Source of the DNA: Candidatus Bathyarchaeum tardum
GTDB lineage: Archaea; Thermoproteota; Bathyarchaeia; Bathyarchaeales; Bathyarchaeaceae
Assembly (NCBI GenBank): GCA_024650005.2
Contig: CP122380.1
Span: 1,120,001-1,184,000 of the forward strand
Reading direction: 5' to 3'
Length of the DNA stretch: 64,000 nucleotides
The translations under genes were made by a program, and so were the position numbers. The notes below the pieces were generated by a model. The model saw only the letters and a list, made by a program, of their open reading frames with translations. It did not search any database and was not told the origin of the DNA. Position 1 is the stretch's first letter. Every line of letters begins with the position of its first letter. Shown one piece after another: positions 51,621 to 60,484 of the stretch.

Positions 51621-51910
51621 TTTCCCATTTTTACATTCTTATATTCCCTTAATTTAAGTGCCATATGTTTTTAATATTTAAATTTATTAAAAAATGACAT
51701 AACAATTATTTGTGCACATTTTAGGTAAGGTTTAACTCCTTTTTTTGGCGTTAGCCTAAGTCTAAAAATATGGACTGGATTATACAAAGAATTTATAAGT
51801 TTGATTTGTAATATATAATTAATTGTTCGATTAATTGAGTAATTCAGTCGCTCAATTCGAAATATCGTCTCAGTTATCTTCAAACGAATGATTAAGAGGT
51901 GATAAATACA

Positions 51911-52171
51911 ATGAAAAAAATTATTGGAACAGTTATCGCAATTATTGCAGGATTGTATCTTCTTAGCAACATCATTTTTCCCCTTCAAGTTACTGAAACA
52001 ATGGTAGATGTAATCGAGGGTGATGAGAGAGCAACTGAAGAGTTAACCGATTTAATGGTTGAGGAAACAGTTGACACAGTCAAATCAGAAATAATTTGGG
52101 CAATCTTAGGTGCATTCGGTATAACTTCCGTAGCAGGTCTTATGGCGAAAATAAAAGGAGCTTTAAGATAA
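51911..52171 (+). CDS. Small 2-TM hypothetical protein
   Basis: GAGGTGA RBS, ATG 51911, two hydrophobic helices around an acidic loop. Confidence 0.6.
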   Translation: MKKIIGTVIAIIAGLYLLSNIIFPLQVTETMVDVIEGDERATEELTDLMVEETVDTVKSEIIWAILGAFGITSVAGLMAKIKGALR

Positions 52172-52294
52172 CTGGTTTTATTGTTTGATTTATTGCGTTT
52201 TTTCCCACCAATAAGCAACGCGCATGCACCGCAAAGTGTTCCATTTGTTGGGTTGGTTGGGTTGTTCTATTTCTATATGGGTTTTTATGTTGTA

Positions 52295-53155
52295 TTAGTT
52301 TTCAGGATTGGCTATGTTGAAGTAGAGTAAGTTTCCGTTTGGTTGAAAATTAGCAAAGAATACTCCTTCGCCATTGTTTGCATCATCAGTTTTGTAACCA
52401 ATTATTAGTAATGTCATACCTTGATAATCTTGATAATTTTCCCACTGTGTCGATATTTGTAAAGCACCTATGGTTAAAGCAGTTTCAGTTTGGTTTTTGT
52501 ATTCTTCTATCGCTTGTGTGTAGAACCAATTTAACCCTAATATATCAATTTCATTTAGAGTTTCTTCAGCTGTTTTTGATGCTGGAAATGATTGAGATAT
52601 TGGTAATCCATCCCATGAAGAAATGGATGTACGATATGTGTGACCATTACTGGCCATAAATCGAATATTTAGGTTAGATGATTTTTGGTAAAACATTACT
52701 TCTATGCTTCCACCTAAGAATGTTGTATCCAAAGAAATGGATTCAAAAACGATTTCTCCGGGATGTTCAAAATTTATGAAGCTGAACGTAGGTGTTTTTC
52801 GAATTTCTTGGACAATTTCTGTTAGTGACAAATTCAAGATGTTAGGGTAAGACACAGTTACATCTGGTTGTGAGGGCATTACATTAACTGGATAACCCGT
52901 ATTCCTAAGAAAATATGCTTCAATTCCCGTAAAGACTATAGTAAAAATCATTACCGCTAAAATTATGGTCTTGAAGTATTTTTTCAATCTAGCTTTAGTT
53001 ATTAACCATATGATTGTACTCGATATGATTGCACATATTATTATGGTTCTTATCCAAGAATTGCCAATTATTATTAAAGCAAAAAAAATGCTGGCAGCTA
53101 CCAATATACCTGCTAAAACACTTTTAATTATCAGCATTTTATCGGTTGTTGCCAT
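52295..53155 (-). CDS. Hypothetical membrane protein (3 TM plus extracellular domain)
   Basis: 286-aa ORF with three N-terminal hydrophobic segments. Confidence 0.65.
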   Translation of the reverse strand: MATTDKMLIIKSVLAGILVAASIFFALIIIGNSWIRTIIICAIISSTIIWLITKARLKKYFKTIILAVMIFTIVFTGIEAYFLRNTGYPVNVMPSQPDVTVSYPNILNLSLTEIVQEIRKTPTFSFINFEHPGEIVFESISLDTTFLGGSIEVMFYQKSSNLNIRFMASNGHTYRTSISSWDGLPISQSFPASKTAEETLNEIDILGLNWFYTQAIEEYKNQTETALTIGALQISTQWENYQDYQGMTLLIIGYKTDDANNGEGVFFANFQPNGNLLYFNIANPEN

Positions 53156-53237
53156 TTTTTTTCGCCGTTCTGTTTTATTTTTAACGGGATATATAATCCA
53201 ATTCTTTTGTACGAATGTGCAATATTTTTGTACAGTC

Positions 53238-53690
53238 CTAAACTATTTTTTGTCTCCATACTCTAATGCATTCATATGTCATTACTCCAACTGAAAGTAT
53301 GCCTAGAAGGACTGCAGAAATGGTGTTAATTTCAAATTCAAATGAACCATTAATCCATGTGGAAATCAAATATAAACTAAACAATGTTGCAAATAGTGCA
53401 ACATAAAAAACATACCTTGGTAGCAGTAAAGAACCAAATTTTATAATTTGTGTAAGTGCGCCAATTTTTACTTTTTCAGCTACCACATAACCTTTTGTTG
53501 TTTTCTTGATTAAGCATAAATTTTCAAGCTTATCCACATGATATGTTGCAAGTCCTGGGCTTGAAAAATCAAGTTTTTTTTGGATTTCTCTGATTCCCAT
53601 TGGGTACTCATTTTTTAGAATGCAAAGGTAGACAAGCAAAGTGTTTCCTCTTAATTCGCTGAAAGTTTTCAAATCTTTTTCAGTAACCAA
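53238..53690 (-). CDS. Membrane-anchored winged-helix transcriptional regulator
   Basis: LRGNTLLVY..IL...PMGIREIQKKL.FSSP.LA.YH.DKL...LI.K...GY followed by two TM helices. Confidence 0.8.
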   Translation of the reverse strand: MVTEKDLKTFSELRGNTLLVYLCILKNEYPMGIREIQKKLDFSSPGLATYHVDKLENLCLIKKTTKGYVVAEKVKIGALTQIIKFGSLLLPRYVFYVALFATLFSLYLISTWINGSFEFEINTISAVLLGILSVGVMTYECIRVWRQKIV

Positions 53691-53873
53691 CGCAAGAAAC
53701 CTTTTTATTTAAAATTATGTCGAATGATTCTAAAAGAATTTTGATTAGTTTTAATTCTATTTATTTTTCTAAGATTAAATATTTTTTGAATACTCCTAAT
53801 TAACAATATTCGTGGGTTGTATATTTTTTTAACATAAAAAAAGGGAAATTAGATTTGATGATTATTTTACCTC

Positions 53874-54614
53874 CTATTTTGTTAGTGCTGTTCGTCTTTG
53901 GATTTTCTCGTATAATTTTGGAGTTTTTGGTATCTGTGGCGTAACTTCTGGAGAGAGAAGTTTGTTTTGTCCAGTTGCTTGTAACCAATAGTAGCTATCT
54001 TCAGAATGGGGTTGGAAGATAAGACCATAGTATGTGTACCATGCTGCCCATCCGCCAGCCCATACTTCGGGTTCACTATCTTGGGGCACTCTGATGCCTA
54101 CTGAAAACTCTGCATAATCTTGGAAAATAAACCACCAGCCGTCGCCGTCAATTGTCCAATCGAAATACCTAAAGTTTGCATCAGTAGATGTGCTGTATGA
54201 GACTTGGTATGCAGGTAGTTGCATGCTAAATCCAATTCCTTCAAAACTAAAGGAAATTGAGGCTTGCCCTGAATGGAATCCTGCAGTAGGTTGATGACTG
54301 CCGGGGGGTTCTATGGCATCTAAAGGTACCGCGACACGGACAGTTGCAACGTATGGGCATGTCCATTCGTCATTTTGGTATTCAATGTCTGCTAATGTTA
54401 CCTTAATTGCATAATAATCATAGTTTGGGTCTAATTCTCCAGTGTCTTTATAGAGTATCAATCCTATCCCTAATTGGCTACCATAGTGGTAATCAGAGTC
54501 AACGATTTCTTGGCTTGCGTTAACTATTGGCAGGAACAACGAAATCAAAAGTAGCGAAAAAACCATGCAAATCATTGGTTGTCGTTTCTTTATTTTTTGA
54601 AACAACTTTTTCAC
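53874..54614 (-). CDS. Secreted beta-rich hypothetical protein
   Basis: Signal peptide ending VNA-S and an aromatic/beta-rich mature region. Confidence 0.65.
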   Translation of the reverse strand: MKKLFQKIKKRQPMICMVFSLLLISLFLPIVNASQEIVDSDYHYGSQLGIGLILYKDTGELDPNYDYYAIKVTLADIEYQNDEWTCPYVATVRVAVPLDAIEPPGSHQPTAGFHSGQASISFSFEGIGFSMQLPAYQVSYSTSTDANFRYFDWTIDGDGWWFIFQDYAEFSVGIRVPQDSEPEVWAGGWAAWYTYYGLIFQPHSEDSYYWLQATGQNKLLSPEVTPQIPKTPKLYEKIQRRTALTK

Positions 54615-54828
54615 CTATGTGAATATTCTAAAAACGTGATATAATACAATGCTTTTGAACAAGATTACAAATTAATTGTACACTTGTAAATTCACTGTTA
54701 GTAGTGAATACCATGATTGTTTCTTCAGTCAATTGATTGCGAATTTCATTTTTATTGTAACTAAGGTTTAGTTGTAGTCAGTTTCCAGTCTGTTTTTCTG
54801 TTGAATTACAGTTTTGTTGAGCTACTGT

Positions 54829-55000
54829 TTACTCTTCTGTTATGATTTTTCCTTTTTTGATTGTTATGTTGTTGTTTTGTTTTATCCAGACTATTTTGTC
54901 GCCTTTTTTTAGTTTGAGGCGTTTCATGATTTCTTTGGGGATTGTTACTTGTCGGTTGAGGTGATTTTGCTTACGTTGATGATTTACTTGGTTACTGCAT
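54829..55000 (-). pseudogene. Degraded AbrB/MazE/SpoVT-family gene
   Basis: RQVTIPKEIMKRLKLKKGDKIVW...ITIKK in one frame, with VSKITS immediately upstream in another frame. ATG 55000 is followed by a premature TAA. Confidence 0.7.
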
Positions 55001-55233
55001 GCTTTTTTCGACCTTTTTTAAAAAATGGTCAAATTCTTCAATTGAAACCTGTCTGTATTTGGTAATTAATGGAAGAAATTTTGTTACTATGTAGCTCGAA
55101 ATTTCATATTCGCCATAAGAAAATTGAAGGTCAAGTTCTTTTTTAACTCTTACAAAAAAAGTTTTTAAAGAGTGAAAAATAATAATAAATCCTTAAACTG
55201 TATCACTCAATTTGGTCAAAAGGGGGATTCTGT

Positions 55234-57174
55234 TTGAAAATTAAATCTATTCGTGTAAAGAATTTTCGTTGCTTGAAAGACGTTCAAATGTCATGTGATG
55301 ATTTGACCGTTCTAGTTGGTGGAAACGGGGTTGGAAAATCGTGTATGCTCAAGGCTTTGAATTTTTTCTATAATACAAACATAAAAGTCGAAGAACCCGA
55401 TTTTTATGATGGTAGTATTTCTGAACCAATATCTGTTGTCGTAGAATATTGGGATTTAACTGCATATGAAACTAAACTTTTCAAACCCTATTTGGAAGGA
55501 GATGTGCTATCTGTAGAAAAAGTGATTCAATTTAATTATTCAAGACCAATCCAGAGGTATTTTGGTACACGTTTTAAAAATTCAGATTTTGAAGATTTCA
55601 GGATGGCCACTGGAACCGATATGAGAAAAGAATATAACAAGTTATTAACGAAAAAAGCATATCAAAACTTCCCAAAATATCAGAACAAAAACTTAGCTGA
55701 AGATACACTTCAAGAATGGGAAATGTCCAATAAAAAGAAGTGTAAGCGAGAACGGGATAATGGGCAATTCTTTGGGTTCCAAAATGTAGGAATGCATAGG
55801 CTAGAAAAATTCACCAAGTTCATTATGATACCCGCTGTGCAAGAAGCTGGTGAGGAAGGTGTTGAAAACACGGGGTCAATTTTTGAACAAATCATGGACG
55901 TAGTAGTTAAAAGTACATTAGCACAAAATCAAAAGCTTGTAAAATTGGAAGAAGTCACTCAAAGAAGATATGCAAGAATAATTGACAGTTCAAAAAACAA
56001 AGAATTGAAAGGTTTAGAAAAAGACCTCACCTCAAACTTGTCAATTTTTGTTCCAGATTCCGAAGTGAATATAAAATGGATTGAAGGGAGGGGTGTGACT
56101 CTCCATGTGCCACGAGCATATGTAACATTAAGAGAAGGGGGATATCACAATACCGTTGATAGATGTGGGCATGGATTACAGCGCGCATATATTCTTTCGT
56201 TATTCCAACAATTGGCTGTAATTCAAGCTTCTATGTCTTTAGAAAGTAGCGAACAAGAGGAAAAAGTGGAATTTGGTTTGCCAAGTCTGATCATTGGAAT
56301 TGAAGAGCCCGAATTATATCAGCACCCTGACAGAATACGATTCTTTGCGAATACACTATTACAGTTGTCAGAAAAAGGGATAGATGGCACAGTTGATAGT
56401 ATTCAGATACTACATTCGACACACTCTCCCCTCCTAGTGGATTTCAGAAGAGTGGAACAAATCCGCATATTCAGGAAAATAATAGCGAACGGGAGTAGAC
56501 CGAAAGTTACTGCTGTAACTACTACTGATCTTTCTGTAATTGCACGATTTATTGAAGAAGCAAAAGGAGACAAAAAAAACACGATTAAACCTGAAGCATT
56601 AAGACAGAGACTGGTTCAATTGATGAACCCATGGATGAATGAAGGTTTTTTTGCAAATCTAATTGTCCTTGTTGAAGGAATTAAAGACAGGGCATTGATT
56701 TTAGGAGAGGCACTCTATAGAAATGTGGATTTGGAAAGTAAAGGGGTAAGTGTTATTCCATGTGTAGGAAAACATAATTTACCTAGTGCAATTGCAATTT
56801 TCAACTGCTTAGGAATTCCAACATACACTATATGGGATTCCGATAAAGACAAGAAGAAAGATAAAAATGCCAAAAAAGCCAATAAAGAAATACTACGTTG
56901 CCTCGGCTGTGAAGCTGAAGATTATCCTTGTAGAATAACTAACAATTTTTCATGCGTTGGAACAAATCTTGAAGACACATTTCGATATGAAATTGGTAAA
57001 AGTAAATTCAGTACAGATATTGCACATTATTGTTCTCAAAATAATCTTGGTAAACCTCGATATGTAATGGAAAATCCATATGCCGTTGCTGATGTCATCA
57101 AGTATTTTCGAGAAAAAGGTTATGTTAGCAAAACACTTGTTGATATTGTAGACAAAATACTCGAAAAGACTTAA
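55234..57174 (+). CDS. OLD-family ATP-dependent nuclease (ABC ATPase plus TOPRIM)
   Basis: KNFR, GGNGVGKS Walker A, GHGLQR, IEEPELYQHP Walker B, STHSP, LVEGIKD and WDSD TOPRIM acidic motifs. Confidence 0.9.
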   Translation: MKIKSIRVKNFRCLKDVQMSCDDLTVLVGGNGVGKSCMLKALNFFYNTNIKVEEPDFYDGSISEPISVVVEYWDLTAYETKLFKPYLEGDVLSVEKVIQFNYSRPIQRYFGTRFKNSDFEDFRMATGTDMRKEYNKLLTKKAYQNFPKYQNKNLAEDTLQEWEMSNKKKCKRERDNGQFFGFQNVGMHRLEKFTKFIMIPAVQEAGEEGVENTGSIFEQIMDVVVKSTLAQNQKLVKLEEVTQRRYARIIDSSKNKELKGLEKDLTSNLSIFVPDSEVNIKWIEGRGVTLHVPRAYVTLREGGYHNTVDRCGHGLQRAYILSLFQQLAVIQASMSLESSEQEEKVEFGLPSLIIGIEEPELYQHPDRIRFFANTLLQLSEKGIDGTVDSIQILHSTHSPLLVDFRRVEQIRIFRKIIANGSRPKVTAVTTTDLSVIARFIEEAKGDKKNTIKPEALRQRLVQLMNPWMNEGFFANLIVLVEGIKDRALILGEALYRNVDLESKGVSVIPCVGKHNLPSAIAIFNCLGIPTYTIWDSDKDKKKDKNAKKANKEILRCLGCEAEDYPCRITNNFSCVGTNLEDTFRYEIGKSKFSTDIAHYCSQNNLGKPRYVMENPYAVADVIKYFREKGYVSKTLVDIVDKILEKT

Positions 57175-57201
57175 GCCTTTATACCTAATTAGGATGAAAT
57201 A

Positions 57202-57849
57202 TCAGTCCATGGCTCTTCGAATATAATCAACTCTTTCTTCAAATGTTGGATGTGTTTTAGGATCAAATCTAGATGGTTTCTTGGGGTAAATTTTGTATAG
57301 CTTAGTCAAAGCTGATATTAGTGCTTCTCCATTTGCGAATTTTACTGCACTTAAATCGCTTTCTTTCTCAGTTTGACGTAACCGTTCGCCATTAAGATAA
57401 AGGGAAGCAAACATAAAAACAACACAAGAAAGCGACAAGATACATCCACATAATATTATCAATCCTGATAGATTTGATGTGAAAGAATAGATGAATGAAT
57501 CAAAAATAACTGTAAGAAAAGCTAGTAAACTACCAATCAGTAATCCCGGCAAAATTTGATGTTTGACATTCTCTAAGTTATGATTTTGGAGTATGTGATT
57601 GAACTCATGTGCACCAATCGCAAGTCGTTCCTCTGATGAAAGGCTGTCATAATATCTTGCATCGAAGATTATTACATCGAAAAAAGCTTCACAACCCCGA
57701 ATCGATTTAGGTCGATTATAATATCGGTTCATTTTCTCTTTTTTCAGAATCTTAGTTACGTTCATAGTCTTAGCGAGTTGGTCAAAGGAATCTGACTGAA
57801 AAGGTTTGGCTCTAAGCATTCGTGTATAAATAAAGCTCATGAATCCCAT
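57202..57849 (-). CDS. M48 (HtpX-like) membrane zinc peptidase
   Basis: GGAGGT RBS, LS.EE..AI.AHEFNH, two TM helices, E..SD..A, L.SAL.KL, THP..EER. Confidence 0.82.
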   Translation of the reverse strand: MGFMSFIYTRMLRAKPFQSDSFDQLAKTMNVTKILKKEKMNRYYNRPKSIRGCEAFFDVIIFDARYYDSLSSEERLAIGAHEFNHILQNHNLENVKHQILPGLLIGSLLAFLTVIFDSFIYSFTSNLSGLIILCGCILSLSCVVFMFASLYLNGERLRQTEKESDLSAVKFANGEALISALTKLYKIYPKKPSRFDPKTHPTFEERVDYIRRAMD

Positions 57850-58049
57850 CGTTCTTGACCTCCTTCAGTGTAATCTGTATAATTGCTGATTTCATATCAA
57901 ATTGTATCTTGGATTATTCTTAAAAATCATTGCGAGGGGATAACATACTAAAATATTTTAAAGAAAACAAGATATACAAAATGCATATTGAAAACTTCGT
58001 TATTGTAAAGATGCTTTCAAAATGCTAGAAGTATTAACTGTGAACTGAA

Positions 58050-58415
58050 ATGACAGAAACACAAGGAAATAGAGATGTTTTACTTGAGATTTTGAAGTGG
58101 ACCAAGTTTCAAGGAATGTTACAAGTAAAACAAATTCTAGAAACTAATTTGGACACAGATACAAAAAAATTGGTTTATGAACTGAGTGATGGCAGGTCTA
58201 GCCCTGATATCGCTAAAAAGGTAAACGTTACCGCTCAAACTGTTCGAGATTATTGGAAAGCATGGGCTCTTATTCTAATTGTTGAGCTTCATCCTGAATA
58301 TAAAAAGAGGTATTGCAAAATTTTTTCTCTTAAAGATGTTGGCATTGTTGTTCCAGCAAATGCTGTTTCATCCAATAAAGGGGTTTCAAATGAGGAGAAT
58401 GATGGGAAAAAATGA
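58050..58415 (+). CDS. Small winged-HTH protein A
   Basis: VYELSDGRSSPDIAKKVNVTAQTVRDYWKAW...RYCKIFSL. Confidence 0.75.
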   Translation: MTETQGNRDVLLEILKWTKFQGMLQVKQILETNLDTDTKKLVYELSDGRSSPDIAKKVNVTAQTVRDYWKAWALILIVELHPEYKKRYCKIFSLKDVGIVVPANAVSSNKGVSNEENDGKK

Positions 58416-58440
58416 AAACCGAAAATGGGGGTAACTAAAT

Positions 58441-58710
58441 TTGAACGAAGAAACATATAGAAATGAAGTAATTCAAAAACTAGATGAAATTGGAAAAAAA
58501 ATCGAGGCTCTTATGCAAGTAGTAGCAATTACGTCAAGAAAAGAGACTGATGAAAAACCAAAAACAAAAACAGATCAAATAGTACAATTGGATAGTCTTG
58601 GTGTCTCTAGAGAGCTAATAGCTTTGATTATTGGAACTACTCCTGAATCAGTTAGTTCATTACGAAGTCAGTTGAAATCCAAGAACAAAAAGAATCGGAG
58701 TAAAAAGTGA
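58441..58710 (+). CDS. Small HTH protein B
   Basis: GGGGGT RBS and TTG start. KLD helix, QIVQLDSLGVSRELIALIIGTTPESVSSLRSQLK. Confidence 0.75.
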   Translation: MNEETYRNEVIQKLDEIGKKIEALMQVVAITSRKETDEKPKTKTDQIVQLDSLGVSRELIALIIGTTPESVSSLRSQLKSKNKKNRSKK

Positions 58711-58946
58711 TGGAGGACAAACAGTTTAAAATTTTATCAGCAAAACTCGATACCTTGATCAGGATAACCGCAATAAACGCCTTGGCTGATAAAAATTTAA
58801 CCGAACAAGTAAAAATTTTGTCTGATATTGGTCTTCAGCCCAGAAGCATTGCCAACATTTTAGGAACGGATAACGCTACAGTTAGTACTTTGAAGAACAG
58901 ATTAAAAAAGAAGTATAAAACCAACAGCAAAAAGGATGCTGATTAA
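58707..58946 (+). CDS. Small HTH protein C
   Basis: Overlaps the stop of B. KLDTLIRITAI, QVKILSDIGLQPRSIANILGTDNATVSTLKNRLK. Confidence 0.78.
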   Translation: MMEDKQFKILSAKLDTLIRITAINALADKNLTEQVKILSDIGLQPRSIANILGTDNATVSTLKNRLKKKYKTNSKKDAD

Positions 58947-59279
58947 ATGAGTGAACAAAAATCTGATGAACTAATAAAACTCATCAAGCAGAATGAAATT
59001 ATAATATCTTTACTTGGGAGAATGGCGTTCACTTCTAAGCAGATTTATGATATTGTAACTGCAAACAAACGAAATAATTTCAAATCCAATTACGTGAATG
59101 GGTACAATGCCTTGGATGGAAGCAAAACCGTTTCTGAAATTGCGAGTGTAATCGGCATACAACAAAGTACATTATCTCCAATTCTTTTGAAGTGGGAAGA
59201 ACTGGGAATAATCTATGAAGTAGAGAAATCGGGAGGAAAATTCTACAGAAAGATTTTTCCAATTGAGGAAGATCTATGA
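58947..59279 (+). CDS. Small winged-HTH protein D
   Basis: ATG directly after the stop of C. YNALDGSKTVSEIASVIGIQQSTLSPILLKWEELGII...FYRKIFPI. Confidence 0.8.
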   Translation: MSEQKSDELIKLIKQNEIIISLLGRMAFTSKQIYDIVTANKRNNFKSNYVNGYNALDGSKTVSEIASVIGIQQSTLSPILLKWEELGIIYEVEKSGGKFYRKIFPIEEDL

Positions 59280-59671
59280 CTAACAATGATGTTGCTGAAG
59301 ATATACGTAAAATTAGGTGGCACCAAGAAGCGATAGACAAAAACATGGAATTACTCACTCGTGCACATAGAAAAGAAATTTTGGAAGAGATAATGGAGTT
59401 CTTTGGGAATGTACCAAAAAAGAAAAAAGCTGTAAATCGAGCTCGAATTTTTCTTGCAATTAACGGGAAAAGAACGGTTTCCGATTTATCATCTTTTTTA
59501 GAATTACCGATTTCCTACATTTCTCAAGAAATTACAAAATTGAAAGAAATGAGTTTGATTGAAGTCAAAAGAGCGACAAAGAAAGGAATAATCTACAAAA
59601 AAACAAGGGCTAATTCCATCTTACGAATATCTCCAAAAATAAAAAAAGATTTTGCAATCACCGACATATAA
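59276..59671 (+). CDS. Small winged-HTH protein E (ArsR/MarR-like)
   Basis: ATGA overlap with D. IFLAINGKRTVSDLSSFL....ISQEITKLKEMSLIE...IIYKKT. Confidence 0.78.
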   Translation: MTNNDVAEDIRKIRWHQEAIDKNMELLTRAHRKEILEEIMEFFGNVPKKKKAVNRARIFLAINGKRTVSDLSSFLELPISYISQEITKLKEMSLIEVKRATKKGIIYKKTRANSILRISPKIKKDFAITDI

Positions 59672-59684
59672 CGGGACTGAATAG

Positions 59685-60473
59685 ATGAACGATTTGGAAA
59701 AAGTCAAAGCAAGAATTCTTTCAGTGGTTATGGATTTCATTCATACTGAAGAATTTCAAGATTATGACAATTATTCTCAGAAGCTATCCGTGTCATATGT
59801 TAATCTTCTTAGAAAATCGGGAAAAGATTTAGACTTTCACCTTTTTTATCATGAAACCAAGAAGATCAAAACTAATTTTTTCAAATTAAATCATGTAAAG
59901 AAAAAAGAATTTCTAGCAGAGCTATTTACTGATGTCGCAAATCAAGACCTAAATGCATTAGGGCTTTTCGAGAATTTTGACATAGCACGAGATTTTCTAT
60001 CCAAACATATTGAAATAGGTTTTAAAATTGATAAATTCAAAGATGAACGGAAAGCCATAATAGATAAAATCATGACAATCCGTGAACCTCACGAAAAAGT
60101 TATGATTGGTTTCAATGAGCTACTTCAGAAAATCACTAAATCATATCAAATCGATCTCCATGGAGTAAAAGAGTATTCTGGTATTGACATATGTAAAAAA
60201 CATAACGGTGTGACATTGGGTTTTCAGATAAAAACTAAAGGTGATGATATAACTGAAAACTTAATTCTTTCAGAAACTGCAAAAGCTCAAGAAAACGGGT
60301 TAAATGGTTTCACAATAATTTATGCTCGAAAAAGAACCAGAAAAGTTGATGTTTCAATCCAAGCAGCATTTCATCACTTCAAGAAGTTGATAGACTCAAA
60401 TGTCATGTATTGTTCAATAATCCCGCCTGAACTCTTAGCAGAGTTATTCCGATCATATTCAATTGCAATTTGA
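59685..60473 (+). CDS. Putative PD-(D/E)xK nuclease with Mrr-like C-terminal domain
   Basis: LHGVKEYSGIDI...GFQIK matches the HG..E.G.D...QxK pattern of Mrr-type restriction domains. Helical N-terminal domain. Confidence 0.6.
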   Translation: MNDLEKVKARILSVVMDFIHTEEFQDYDNYSQKLSVSYVNLLRKSGKDLDFHLFYHETKKIKTNFFKLNHVKKKEFLAELFTDVANQDLNALGLFENFDIARDFLSKHIEIGFKIDKFKDERKAIIDKIMTIREPHEKVMIGFNELLQKITKSYQIDLHGVKEYSGIDICKKHNGVTLGFQIKTKGDDITENLILSETAKAQENGLNGFTIIYARKRTRKVDVSIQAAFHHFKKLIDSNVMYCSIIPPELLAELFRSYSIAI

Positions 60474-60484
60474 AGCTATTCTGA

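Noticed and set aside
55234-57174. Gabija system
   Set aside because: No UvrD-like GajB gene is adjacent.
57851-57863. TTCTTGACC as an eighth operator copy
   Set aside because: It is only a half-site and coincides with the GGAGGT RBS of the M48 gene.
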